64,000 nucleotides of DNA, taken from contig JBHGNT010000009.1 of assembly GCA_043228905.1 (NCBI GenBank), positions 16,554,001-16,618,000 on the forward strand, written 5' to 3'. Both the position numbers and the translations under genes were made by a program. The stretch is from Azolla caroliniana (taxonomy: Eukaryota; Plantae; Polypodiophyta). The notes under the pieces were generated by a model, which ran no database searches, was not told the origin of the DNA, and was given only the letters and a program-made list of their open reading frames with translations. Shown piece after piece: positions 1 through 11,702 of the stretch; within the stretch, counting starts at the first letter, position 1; each line of letters begins with the position of its first letter.

Positions 1-175
1 CCACTTCCTTTCCTTTCGTATCCCAGTCCATTCCGTTCAATTTCTTCGTCAACTGCTCAGTAATGACACTCTTTTGATGTCTCGTTGCAATGGTAGGAGA
101 TGATAGAGGCTAGCTGGTAAGGCAGTGCGTATGTGCTGAATTGTTTACCTGTTTTCTCTCTGCTTTTCCAAGCAG

Positions 176-230
176 GTCCTAGATCTTCCTCGCATAGACC
201 GCAGTGTGAAACTGTCATTACGTTCTCAAG
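176..230 (+). CDS. UAP1: UDP-N-acetylglucosamine pyrophosphorylase, first coding exon visible in window (5' exons upstream)
   Basis: cag| acceptor and |gtac donor; encodes VLDLPRIDRSVKLSLRSQ(G), matching the plant UAP motif LDLPRIDRIIRCSLxSQG; phase 1 joins next exon. Confidence 0.88.
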
Positions 231-363
231 GTACTCTATTGTGCTTTCTTTGCCTACGTATTTTCAATATTCTGTTGATCACACTCTATTTTTACAAACA
301 GAGAGATCTTTTAGGGGCCAGTTGATGATGGCCATGATCTTTAAAATCTGAGTCATGATACAG

Positions 364-518
364 GTTTTCGTTCATCTTCTGACATTCAACCTGTGCCTGA
401 TGGCAACATCTCAACTATTGAAGCACGGACACAAGAACAAAAAGAGACATGGTGGAAGAATGGTTTGAAGGCCATTGCAGAAGGGAAGCTAGCAGTTTTA
501 CTCCTGTCAGGCGGTCAG
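364..518 (+). CDS. UAP1: UAP exon
   Basis: Encodes (G)FRSSSDIQPVPDGNIS...WWKNGLKAIAEGKLAVLLLSGGQ; AG/GT boundaries; first half of the LxGGxGTRLG signature. Confidence 0.95.
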
Positions 519-3500
519 GTTTGCTTAATTTGCTTAACTTCTGTTATTTATGTTGATCCACAACCTAATGATAGAGAACAGCTCTTAGAGTTTCAAATAT
601 CAATCTGAACAAACTAAAGCATGAATGCACATTAATTAGAAAGCAGAAAGAAACTGTTATATACAATACGTTTCTCCTTGTGTTCCTTAAATGCTTCATA
701 CTGCAAGGGCTGGGTGCCCCATAGTGCCCCATAGACAATTTGGATGACATTAGAAATGCTTAACAAATAGAGGATGAAGATCGCCATCACTAATTATGAG
801 AGTTACAAGGAAGTATTTAGGGGTAAGATGAACTTGAGGCCATCTTGCAATTTATCTTGACATTATGCTCAATCAAGCCATCCACAGAAATTCTTGAGTT
901 TGAAGATGATGGCGAAGAAAACTTTGAGGATGAGCACTGGTCCATAAATGGCGATGATATTGATAATGATAAAAGGTAGCTCTAGTGATACTTGATATTC
1001 AGTCTTGAGAACTCTGACACTTCCACTCTTTGTTTTAGCCTTCAATTTCTATTGTTTCTTGTTTCCACATCCAAATAATTAGTTTTTTGGAGTTTTCACT
1101 AATTTTTTGTTCTCTATCAACTGACTATCAAGATTTGACATTCTATTATGTTTAATTTATAGATGGAAAATTGTGCTTTTCAAAGGCATTTATTTTCATA
1201 TTAATGTAGACTTCTGTGAACTGCTGCAACATATATATGGAATTTATTATGCAATATTAACATACCTTCTGTTGATATTAGGGCTGTGTATGATATCCCA
1301 TGTATTTCAGAAGTTCTGAATTACCTTTTTTCTGCACTTCACCTTTTTATGTATTTGCTGAGACTTGGAAAAGTTATAATTATGACAAATTTCAAATTGA
1401 CCAGCATAATCAAAAAAATCAGATGGAACCACCAGGAAACAATGTTGTAGATAATAAAATAAATCATGCTGGAAGTTGTGACATATAAAAGGTTTCAATA
1501 ATGACCTTGGAGATAAAATTTACTACATATCTAGGTTGATACATTTATTTTCATGTATATTTAGTGAAGTTCTATGTGTAAACAAAGACCATTGATAGAG
1601 TTCAAAGTGTGACATACACCTCTCCATCTCCTCCACCCTTTCTCAAGTCTCCCTCTCCAGCCTCGATGTTATGTACTATATGAGTTAATAGATGTTTTCT
1701 TATGTATCTCAAGTTTCCCACTTATGATTTCTCTCGTTTTATTACATTCAGTTTTTTGTCTTCAGCTCTACAACTTTGCATTTTTTGGCCTTTTATATCT
1801 GATGCATTCTTAGGGTTTTGCTGATGATGATATCACATTTCATTTCATTTCTGGATTTCCGAAAATCCTTCAACACTTTTAACATGTGCTTGGGTTATGC
1901 AACAGCTAGAAGCCCTTGGTGTCCCTATAAATATGTAATGGGGGATCTATGCATTGTATGAAATGTGCCATCTCCCAATGGTTTGTTAGAGGCTATGGCT
2001 AGCACAATTGGAGTAACACAAGGATGTCTGTGAGAAAAGCTGTTAATAGCAGCAGCGGAATAGTTGTTAGAACAAAATAAACACAACCAAGCTGTGAGAA
2101 GGCTGTTAGACAGCAATAGAGAAAATAGTTGCAAAGAGCAGAGACACAGCCAAAGAGTAGTGCTTGTTTGTAAGTAGCAGCAAAAATAAAAGTCTTTACA
2201 AAAGAGGCTGGTATAGCTTATTTATACAAAATTGGGGAAAGTGAATGAAATGGTTGTTTGGTAGTTAAGTGACTCTTGTACTACCAAACAGGTACAATAA
2301 ACTAGGAATAAGTGGGAATATCTTGGAAAAAGTGGAAGAGAGAGAAGGGATTTAAAGCATTGCAGATTCTAGATAGAGAAGGCATTTAAAGAGTTGTAGA
2401 TTGTAGAGAGAGAAGAATCTAGAATGTAAAAGAGAGATAATAAAGGTGAAAGATAGTGTAGGTTTGGAGCTGCCACCCTCCAACACCTCTTAGCTCCAGA
2501 ACGGTGGTCCAACATTGAGTCGACTGAGGAGTTGATCAATGGCTTGCCTTGGAAATGGCTTAGTAAATAAATCAGCCACATTTTCTTGAGGACAATATGC
2601 CAAGTTGATGACTTGTGATTTCACTAATTCACGAACAAAATGGTAGTGCACTTCAATATGTTTTGTTCTACCATGAAATGTTGACCTATGTGCCAAGGCA
2701 CGGGCACTTTGGTTGTCAGTGAAAATTGCAATAGGAGAGTCTTGCAAAACACCAATGTCACAAAATAATTGCAAAACACCCAGGTTGTTTTGAGGTCAAC
2801 GTGGAGCTCCTTGATTTATAGAAGCAAGGGACCTTGTAATGAGAAGGTCATCAACAAATAATATTATCAAGCATAGCAAATTATCTTTGGAAAAAACATA
2901 GAGATTGCTGTCAGCATAACACTGCTTAAACCCAAGTGAGAGAAAGAAGGTATTAATTTTGTCATGCCAAGCTTTGGGAGCTTGCTTTAAACCATACAAG
3001 GCTTTGTGTAACTTGTAGACCATGTTTTTCCGCTTTGATATCTCGAAACTTGGAGGCTGTTCAACATAAACTTCCTCTTTCAAGTCACCATTAAGGAAGG
3101 TTGACTTGACATCCATTTGAAAGATGGGCCATTTGTTGTGAGAAGCAAGTGCAAGCACACGTCGAATAGAGGTGTACCTTGCTGTTGGAGCAAAAGTTTC
3201 CTCGTAATCCACTCCTTCGACTTGTGAGTAGTCTTTTGCAACTAAACGTGCCTTGTGCTTATCCAAAGTACCATCAACATGGTCCTTGGTCTTGAAAATC
3301 CATTTCAATCCAATGACTTGTCGATGTTCAGGCCGTGGGACCAGCTCCTATGTATGATTCCACTCAATGGAATCAAGTTCAACTTCCATTGTTGCTTTCC
3401 ACTTTGGAAGAACAAGGGTGTCCTCTTCCAGTTGGAGTCAAATATGACTCAACATACCGACAGAGGGAGGAACAGACAAAGAAGTCCACAAAGAAGGGAC

Positions 3501-4642
3501 AAGTTCCAAGCTAGGTCCAAGTCCAGAGGGAAGCTCACATGTTTCTATTGTGGAAAGCTTGGACACTTTCAGAAGGATTGCTGACACCTCAAGAAGAACA
3601 AAGGTGTCGGTAATGATGTTGAACCCAGGAAGATTCTTGATGAAAAGGGCACTTCAGCTGTAGCTACAAGTGCAGAAGAGATCCTATTCATTTGTGAGTA
3701 GGCAAGCACAAATCTTGCAAGTGATGAGTGCACATGGGTGATTGACTCCGGTGCATCGTTCCATATAACTCCGTTGTGTTTCTCGACTTAACAAAACCGG
3801 GGACTATGGCTATGTAAAGATGGGAGACAATGGTGAGTGCAAGATAGCCGACATCGGAAGTCTAAGCCTGATGACGTCGACAGGTTGTCAATTGACCTTG
3901 AGGGAAGTTCGACATATCCCCGATATCAAATTGAATTTGATATCGATTGGAAGGTTGGATGACGAAGGCTACAATGGCAACTTTCGAAATGGCAAGTGGA
4001 AGTTCTATCTTGGAAACCTCATAGTGGCTCGAGCACAGAAAGAGGGTACATTATACATGATGCATGCTTGACTGTGCAAGTTGGAAGTGAATGTGGCAGT
4101 CGACTCGAGTTATGGCATAAGAGGCTCGGCTATGTGAGTGAAAAAGGAATGCACATATTGGCCGACGAGGAACTTCTCCTAGAAGTGAAAGGAGTACACT
4201 TGGAGAATTGTGTCGACTGCTTAGTCGGAAAGCAGAATAGAGCAACATTCCACTCAAGACCACCAACAAGAAGAGAAGTGACACTGGAACTGGTTCACAC
4301 GGATGTGTGCTATGTAGATGCTCCATTGCATCGAGGTGGACAATACTTTGTGTCATTCATAGATGACTACAGTCGGAAGACATGGGCCTTTGTATTGAAG
4401 TCGAAGGACCAAGTATTGTCAATGTTCAAGGAGTTCCAAGCAAGAACCGAAAGAGAGTTGGGTCGGAGGTTGAAGGTTGTCCGAACTGACAACGGTGGAG
4501 AATATAGAGGGCAGTTCGAAGAATATTGCAAGGCCCAAGGTATTCAAATCGAATACACAGTATTGAAGACCCCTGAGTTGAACGGGCTTGCAGAGAGGAT
4601 GAATCGGATGATAATGGAGAGTGTTGAGAATGTTTAAAAGTT

Positions 4643-4698
4643 GTAACGGCTAGCCCAACGGCTAGTTAGCCCAACGGCCAGATCTTGGCCTTTATAAA
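4643..4698 (+). promoter_or_regulatory. LTR promoter of element F: tandem AACGG (MSA-like) boxes plus TATA
   Basis: cccaacggcta 4654-4664 and cccaacggcca 4670-4680 match YCYAACGGYYA; tataaa at 4693-4698. Confidence 0.55.
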
Positions 4699-5047
4699 GA
4701 GGGACTTCTCCTCATGTAAATATAAGAGATCTCTGTATTTTCTCCCTCCAACGAAGGTATATTACAGAACAGATGTGCTTTCTCATATTTCTTTATGGTA
4801 TCAGAGCATAGATCCGCCCCTCTGCAAAACCCTAGATCTGTCCTCTGCAAAACCCTAGATCTGTCCTCTGCAGAACCCTAGATCTACCCTTCTGCTGAAA
4901 TGACAGTGATTGGAACAGCACTATCCTAGCATTCAAGAGAGGAAAGGGGGATTTTTGTTTCATTTGGGATGACATTGCTATGTGATTGAGAGGTGACTTG
5001 GGAAAAAAAGTCAGAAGAGGAAAGCAGAGATAGGCCAAGTTGACAAG

Positions 5048-8000
5048 ATGGATGATGTGTTCTCAAAATTGAATGAAGATGAGGTGAAAACATTGGTGAA
5101 ATACATGAAACAGGCTGAGATAGTAGCATCTGGAGGTGTGACAGGAATGCAACCACCACCCCGACTTGAACTCCTCCCAGTTGAGTTCAAACTCGATGGA
5201 CCAGCCACATACTTGAGCTGGTCGCGTCGGATTATAGGTGCCTTGGCAGGAAGAAGCCTTGACGGCTACCTTACGGGAGAAGAGAAAGAGCCTCCTATCA
5301 AAACGAGCAATGAATGGAAAGCATGGAGAGCTACCCACATGTCATTGTACACGTGGCTCCTAAACTCCATGATTCCATCAATCGCCACAACAGTTGATGG
5401 AATTTTAAGTGTAAAGGAGATATGGGAGAAATTGCAAAAGACGTATGCAGGGAGGGGAAACAACATGAGAGTATTTCAAATCGAGCAGGAGATTGATGCT
5501 GTTTGCCAGGGAGATAGGATGGTCCAGGAATATGCCATAGAGTTGGAGCGTCTATGGGCAGAATACGATCATTTCTCGCCTGTGACAGTGTGCAATGATC
5601 CTCAGTGTAAGAGCAAGGAAATTTCTGCTCAAAGAAGAACTATGCAATTTTTGAAACATCTCAACCCGTCATTTGATCAAAGAAGGGCAGTTCTTCTAGC
5701 TAAGGCAGAAATTCCTACACTTGATGAGGCAATCGCGACTATGATACAAGAGGAGAGTAGAATGAAGCTGCTCTCTGACACTACCGGACTTCCAGGGGTA
5801 CGATCGGCACTAATGGTATCCAATACAAGCGGAAGTGAAAATCGAAAATGCTACAATTGTGGTGAAGCTGGTCATTTCAAGAATGCTTGCCCTAAACCAT
5901 CTAAGGAGAGAGAATATGGGGGACGTGGACAAACTAGAGGTCGTGGTCGAGGGGGCCGAAGAGGTGCACGAGGAGGTTACCAAGCAAACTTGATGGTAGC
6001 AAAAGAAGAGGAAGGAACTAAGGTGGTGTTCACCGAAGAGGATCAAGCTCTCTTAGAAATACTTAGGAGGAAGCAAAGAGCCGCAGATGATACTTCATTC
6101 ATGTCAAGAGGTAACACTGCCACCTATGCTTATTCGGCCACAAGTACTAGCAACACAAATACTCTTGCCTCTACACCAGAATGGATAATTGATTCTGGTG
6201 CATCTAGGCATGTGACGGGTAATGCTAGTGAATTCTCCTCATATACTCACTTATCAATGCCAGAAAGCATTCAAATTGCTGACGGTACTATACAACCTGT
6301 AGTGGGTATAGGTACAGTAAAATGTACCGACTCTGTGACATTGTCTAATGTGTTGCATGCTCCTTCTTTCCCAGTAAACTTATTATCTATAAGTTCTATC
6401 ATACACCAACTAAAATGTGTTGTTTCTTTTGATATTCCCAAGGTGATATTCCAGGAGAAAGGGACAGGTCGGAGACTTGGGACTGGCACATGGCATAGTG
6501 GACTATGGTATTTGGATCGTGAAGGGCTGGATTCAGCATTAGCATCTATGGTAGAGGGAATAGATGTAAGGGGATCTAGAATGAGTTATGAGGACTTGTT
6601 AATACTTCATCACCAACGCATGGGACATGCCTCTTATGGCATTTTGAGTCGGGTGTATCCACACCTTTTTGAAAAGGCGGATAAAACAAAACTTGTTTGT
6701 GATGCATGTGAATTTGGTAAGCTTACTAAAAGTTCATATGCTAGTTCGGGTCATAGGAGTTCCCATGCATTTGATGTAATACACTCCGATGTTTGGGGAC
6801 CATGTCCCACAAGTTCTATTAATGGATATCGATATTTTGTCTCTTTCATTGACTGCTTCTCTCGTGTGACTTGGTTATATTTGATGAGGAAAAAGAATGA
6901 AGTATTTGCTTGTTTTAAAGATTTTCATAGAGCAGTTCAAACTCAATATGGTGCAGTAGTAAAAGTGTTGAGGTCTGATAATGGAACAGAGTATGCTAAC
7001 ATGACATTTAGGGCATACCTCTCAGATCAAGGAATACAACATCAAACTACATGCCCATATACACCAGAACAAAATGGAGTAGCAGAGAGGAAGAATAGAC
7101 ATCTTCTAGAGGTAACGAGAAGCATGATGATTTCTATGAATGTCCCAAAGCAGTTGTGGGGACAGGCAGTTTTGACGGCTGCCACATTGATCAATAGAAT
7201 GCCCTCTAGAGTATTGGAGTGGAAGTCTCCATGTGAGTTGTTGCAAGGCAATAACTCTGGAATCCTTCCTTTGAAGGTGTTTGGATGTGTGTGTTTTGTA
7301 AAGGACAGTAGACCATCAGTAGGAAAACTTGATCCTAAAGCTGTAAAATGTGTATTTGTGGGATACTCTGCCACACAAAAGGGCTATGTTTGCTGGAGTC
7401 CAGTAGAGAAGAGATTATTTGTGAGCATGGATGTGCATTTCAGAGAGTCAGAGCCATATTATAAACAAGGGGTAACTTCACCCTTTGATGACTTAATTCA
7501 GACTGAAAATATGAGGGAAGGAGATAATTGTGAGAGGTTGCTAAAAATAGGATCAATTCCTTTGCTGATCCCTACATCAGCTGAGAAAGAAGTGAGCGTA
7601 GGAGGTACGGAAGAAGAAGGAAACGAAGACGAGGAGCCTATATGTGTTGGGACTCAAGTTGAGGGGGAGCTAAAGGTGTATACAAGGAAGAGGAGGCAGA
7701 AAGACGGAAATGTGAACACGTCTTCAGCACCACATGTGCCATCAAGTTCCATGTCCCGACCTGCCTCGACTTCTGAAATACCTACAGAACTCCCGAACCT
7801 AGAAATCACAGGTGATATGATTTCCTCTCCTTCTCCTATCGAGATTAGGAGGACCTCTCGCAGTAATGCAGGGGTCCCTCCTGATCGTTATGGTTTTCCT
7901 CATGATATTGCTCAGTTTATCTCTTATTCTAACATATCAGCTACACATAGAGCATTCATTGCATCATTAGACTCTGTCACTTTACCCAAGTGTTGGCAGG

Positions 8001-9517
8001 TTGCTAAAGAAGATCCAAAATGGAAAGCAACCATGCAAGAAGAACTCGGAGCTCTTGAGAAGAACAAAACTTGGGAGATTGTGTCACTACCACCGGGAAA
8101 GAAGGCGGTTGGGTGCAAATGGGTGTTTACAATAAAACAGACCCTAGAGGGAAAAATAGATCGATACAAGGCACGATTGGTGGCTAAAGGATATAGTCAG
8201 ACATATGGCATTGACTATGATGAGACTTTTGCACCTGTGGCGAAGATGAGCACTGTTAGAACACTTATTTCCATAGCAGTGAATAAGGATTGGAAATTAC
8301 ATCAATTAGATGTAAAAAATGCATTCCTTCATGGAGAGTTGATGGAGGAAGTGTACATGGATGTTCCCCCAGGTTTCGGTACAATTCAAACAGTAGGTAA
8401 GGTTTGCAAACTTAGGAAGTCGCTTTATGGACTAAAGCAATCTCCTCGAGCCTGGTTTGACAGGTTAAGAAGGGCTATGGTGGGTATGGGATACCAACAG
8501 ACGAATGCAGACCATACAGTGTTCTTTCGACAACACAAGGACCATACTACATTGCTTGCTGTGTATGTGGATGATATAATTATCACAGGTAACGATGAAG
8601 GAGAAATTGCCCAACTGAAGATGCAATTGGGTAAAGAGTTTGAGGTGAAGGATCTAGGATTGCTACGCTACTTTCTTGGAATTGAGGTAGCTCGTGGAGC
8701 AGAAGGAGTTGTTCTATCTCAGCGAAAATATGTACTTGATCTTCTCAAAGAAACTGGAATGTTGGGTTGTAGGCCTGTAGCTTCTCCAATCGACCAAAAG
8801 ATCAAGCTAACTGAACTTGCGGGAGAGAAAGTTGATCGTGAAAGGTATCAAAGATTGGTAGGTCGGCTGATTTATTTGACCCACACCCGTCCAGATATCT
8901 CATTTGCAGTAAGTGTGGTAAGTCGCTACATGCATGATCCGAGGAAAGATCATATGGATGCAGTGTACCATATTCTGAGATATCTCAAAGGTGCCCCAGG
9001 GAAGGGATTAATCTTCAGAAAACATGGTCATTTTAACATTGAGGGCTATTGTGATTCTGATTGGGCCAGTTGTGCTGATGACAGAAAATCCACATCAGGA
9101 TACTGCATGTTTGTTGGAGGCAATCTAGTCTCTTGGAAGAGTAAGAAACAGTCAGTAGTAGCAAGGTCAACAGCTGAAGCAGAGTATAGAGCTATTGCTA
9201 TAGGAGTTGCGGAGATGTTATGGCTGCGAACTCTCCTAGTAGAACTAAAGGTGAATCAAGAAAATCAGATGATGTTGTGGTGTGACAATAAGTCAGCAAT
9301 CAGCATTGCCAACAATCCGGTACAGCACGATAGGACCAAACACATCGAAATCGACAGGTTCTTTATCAAAGAAAAGCTTGATAATGGAATATTAAAATTG
9401 AGTCATGTTTCTACTGAACATCAAGTAGCAGATTGTCTTACAAAGGGACTTGGGCCAGTAAGTCTTACTAGATTGTGTGACAAGATGGGCTTAGTGGATA
9501 TTTTTCACCCATCTTGA
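5048..9517 (+). CDS. Copia gag-pol polyprotein (1489 aa)
   Basis: Gag CYNCGEAGHFKNAC; PR WIIDSGAS; IN HSDVWG, RSDNGTEY, VAERKNRH; RT YVDD; RNaseH CDNKSA...DRTKHIEID; copia domain order PR-IN-RT-RH. Confidence 0.97.
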   Translation: MDDVFSKLNEDEVKTLVKYMKQAEIVASGGVTGMQPPPRLELLPVEFKLDGPATYLSWSRRIIGALAGRSLDGYLTGEEKEPPIKTSNEWKAWRATHMSLYTWLLNSMIPSIATTVDGILSVKEIWEKLQKTYAGRGNNMRVFQIEQEIDAVCQGDRMVQEYAIELERLWAEYDHFSPVTVCNDPQCKSKEISAQRRTMQFLKHLNPSFDQRRAVLLAKAEIPTLDEAIATMIQEESRMKLLSDTTGLPGVRSALMVSNTSGSENRKCYNCGEAGHFKNACPKPSKEREYGGRGQTRGRGRGGRRGARGGYQANLMVAKEEEGTKVVFTEEDQALLEILRRKQRAADDTSFMSRGNTATYAYSATSTSNTNTLASTPEWIIDSGASRHVTGNASEFSSYTHLSMPESIQIADGTIQPVVGIGTVKCTDSVTLSNVLHAPSFPVNLLSISSIIHQLKCVVSFDIPKVIFQEKGTGRRLGTGTWHSGLWYLDREGLDSALASMVEGIDVRGSRMSYEDLLILHHQRMGHASYGILSRVYPHLFEKADKTKLVCDACEFGKLTKSSYASSGHRSSHAFDVIHSDVWGPCPTSSINGYRYFVSFIDCFSRVTWLYLMRKKNEVFACFKDFHRAVQTQYGAVVKVLRSDNGTEYANMTFRAYLSDQGIQHQTTCPYTPEQNGVAERKNRHLLEVTRSMMISMNVPKQLWGQAVLTAATLINRMPSRVLEWKSPCELLQGNNSGILPLKVFGCVCFVKDSRPSVGKLDPKAVKCVFVGYSATQKGYVCWSPVEKRLFVSMDVHFRESEPYYKQGVTSPFDDLIQTENMREGDNCERLLKIGSIPLLIPTSAEKEVSVGGTEEEGNEDEEPICVGTQVEGELKVYTRKRRQKDGNVNTSSAPHVPSSSMSRPASTSEIPTELPNLEITGDMISSPSPIEIRRTSRSNAGVPPDRYGFPHDIAQFISYSNISATHRAFIASLDSVTLPKCWQVAKEDPKWKATMQEELGALEKNKTWEIVSLPPGKKAVGCKWVFTIKQTLEGKIDRYKARLVAKGYSQTYGIDYDETFAPVAKMSTVRTLISIAVNKDWKLHQLDVKNAFLHGELMEEVYMDVPPGFGTIQTVGKVCKLRKSLYGLKQSPRAWFDRLRRAMVGMGYQQTNADHTVFFRQHKDHTTLLAVYVDDIIITGNDEGEIAQLKMQLGKEFEVKDLGLLRYFLGIEVARGAEGVVLSQRKYVLDLLKETGMLGCRPVASPIDQKIKLTELAGEKVDRERYQRLVGRLIYLTHTRPDISFAVSVVSRYMHDPRKDHMDAVYHILRYLKGAPGKGLIFRKHGHFNIEGYCDSDWASCADDRKSTSGYCMFVGGNLVSWKSKKQSVVARSTAEAEYRAIAIGVAEMLWLRTLLVELKVNQENQMMLWCDNKSAISIANNPVQHDRTKHIEIDRFFIKEKLDNGILKLSHVSTEHQVADCLTKGLGPVSLTRLCDKMGLVDIFHPS

Positions 9518-10790
9518 GGGGGAGTGTTGAGAATGTTTAAAAGTTGTAACGGCTAGCCCAACGGCTAGTTAGTTCCAACAGCTAGTTAGCCCAACGGCCA
9601 GATCTTGGCCTTTATAAAGAGGGACTTCTCCTCATGTAAATATAAGAGATCTCTGTATTTTCTCCCTCCAACGAAGGTATATTACAGAACAGATGTGCTT
9701 TCTCATATTTCTTTAGAGAGTATAAGGAGCATGCTGTCACATGCTAAGTTGCCGAAATCATACTGGGGAGAGTCGATGTATAGAACTATTTATCTAATTA
9801 ACAAGTCTCCCTCAGTGCCATTGGAAGGTAATGTCCCACAGAGGGTTTGGACAGAAAAGGATGTCTCCTACCGACACTTGAGGGTTTTCGGATGCTTAGT
9901 GTATATGCATGTGGCTAAGGATCAAAGGTCGAAGCTCAACAGTAAGTCTAAACCATGCATATTCATGAAGACAAGCAACACATAGGGTATTGGGAGTTTT
10001 CAAAATAGGCAGACCCTCAATTAGCTGTGAAGAGGAGAGCTTTTGTAGAGAATCGTAGTTGAGGTGACTGAACCTAGCATGCCACAACGTGGGATCTTCT
10101 TGTGCCACCAAATCATGAGAGTCTTGAAGAAGATGAGATTTGGATTTTTCCAAAGGGCCATGGGAACTTTTTAGGTGATGTAAACCCCCCCTTGTGTGCC
10201 ACTAGCTACAATTTGTAGGCTGTTGGTGTCAATGACTTCCGAAATTGAGCTATCAAAGTAGACTTCATAACCTTGCTTAGTGATTCGGTAGACCGAAAGT
10301 AGGTTGGCAGAGATGCAAGGCACATGTAGCGCATCTTGAAGAACGACAGGTTCGTCATTTGACGAAGTGTTAAGAAATGCATTACCCACACACTAAGCCT
10401 CAATGCTTGAGGCATCTCCTATGGAGATTTGGGAGGAGCTAGGCTTCACATCATGTAGAATGGATTTGTCATAAGTCATGTGTGCAGTGGCACCATTGTG
10501 TACTAACCACTCATCAATGGGTGAGGTAGTTCCAGCCAAATGTGAAGAATGTTCCTCAATGCCAAGGAAAATTGTTTCTTTGGCTGAGTGGACTGAGTTT
10601 GATTTTGGTGTATGTTGACTTTCGGCAGAAGAAGATTTCTTGGCATTGTCCCTTTTCTTTTTCTGATAGTCGGGCTGAATGTGACCTTTGTAGCCACAAT
10701 AATGATAGGTGAACTCTTTATAGACTGGGTTGTTTGGTGGTCTTGGATTGGGTTTGTTGTTGGAGTTGCCATTTTGCTTCCACTTGCCTT

Positions 10791-11143
10791 TACTTTTCGC
10801 ATATAGAAGTGTCTCATTGGAAGTTTGAGCCCTTTTCTTCCTTGTTACCCTCTTTTGTAGCATGCCAAGAAATGTATTCATATCAGGTGTGTTGGGAAGA
10901 AGAGAAATTGTGCTACAAAAGGCTGAGAATAACTCAGACAACTTTATCATTAGATGATGTACAAACTACTTTTCGCATGTAGAAGTGTCTCATTGGAAGT
11001 TTGAGCCCTTTTCTTCCTTGTTACCCTCTTTTGTAGCATGCCAAGAAATGTATTCATATCAGGTGTGTTGGGAAGAAGAGAAATTGTGCTACAAAAGGCT
11101 GAGAATAACTCAGACAACTTTATCATTAGATGATGTACAAACT
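10791..11143. repeat. 176-bp tandem duplication inside the gag of element C
   Basis: Units start at 10791 and 10967; one mismatch seen; the duplicated peptide MIKLSELFSAF...LL(Y/H)AK appears twice in the ORF track. Confidence 0.9.
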
Positions 11144-11225
11144 CAACTTCAGTTGACTTGCTTCCCAAAGAAACTAGTTCCTTTTGGAGAGTAACAAATT
11201 GCATTATTTGATCCATGATGTTGGG

Positions 11226-11702
11226 TAACAATCGGCAACGGTTTGGTTTGGTTTGGAATCGAACCGTTTAATTTTTTTGAAACCTGAACCAAACTGAACC
11301 GAACCACGAAACCGTTAAACCGAACCGTTAAACATTTTTCAAATTGTTAAACCATTAAACTGTAAAAACTGCGGTTTCGTGGTTCGGTTTCGGTTTTCAA
11401 CATAGGTCAAATTTTTAATTTTTAAATTTTTTTAAGATGTTCATAAAATGTGAGAATAAGGTCTAAAAATGAAAAGATTGTTTAAAAACAAATTTTAAAA
11501 TTTTTTAGAATTTTTTTAAAGGTTTTTAAAAATAAAAATAAAAAATAAAAAACAAAAAACCGTTAAACCGTGGTTTTTGATTGTTGAAACCGAACCGAAC
11601 CGTTAATAAAAACCTAAACCTGAACCGAACCGAACCGTTGAAAACATTAAGTCGTTAAACTGTGGTTTGGTTCAATTCAAGCCGAACCATTGCCGATTGT
11701 TA
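11226..11702. mobile_element. hAT-type MITE, family 1
   Basis: TIRs taacaatcggcaacggt / accattgccgattgtta; perfect 8-bp TSD ATGTTGGG; subterminal AAACCG/GAACCG arrays; AT-rich core. Confidence 0.93.

Larger units (their letters stand above)
4622..9715 (+). mobile_element. Intact young Ty1/copia element F (Ale/Retrofit-like)
   Basis: LTRs 4622-4795 and 9525-9715, identical except one 17-bp indel; 5-bp TSD GAGAG (4617-4621, 9716-9720); PBS tggtatcagagc at 4796; PPT gagggggag before 9525; single uninterrupted ORF. Confidence 0.97.
3406..9964 (+). mobile_element. LTR-less internal copia fragment D (gag zinc knuckle, protease, integrase), interrupted by element F
   Basis: CFYCGKLGHFQKDC, WVIDSGAS, HTDVC, RTDNGGEY and ERMNRMIME|SIRSML read across F; stops and frameshifts; no LTRs at either end. 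Confidence 0.8.

Noticed and set aside
700-1260. Possible DNA-transposon (hAT) C-terminal remnant; similar acidic stretch near 19300-19700
   Set aside because: No clear catalytic motif, TIR or TSD could be identified
4820-4890. Telomere-like AAACCCTA repeats in the F leader and tttagggttag in the A LTR
   Set aside because: Isolated telo-box motifs are common in plant TE leaders; not a telomeric array
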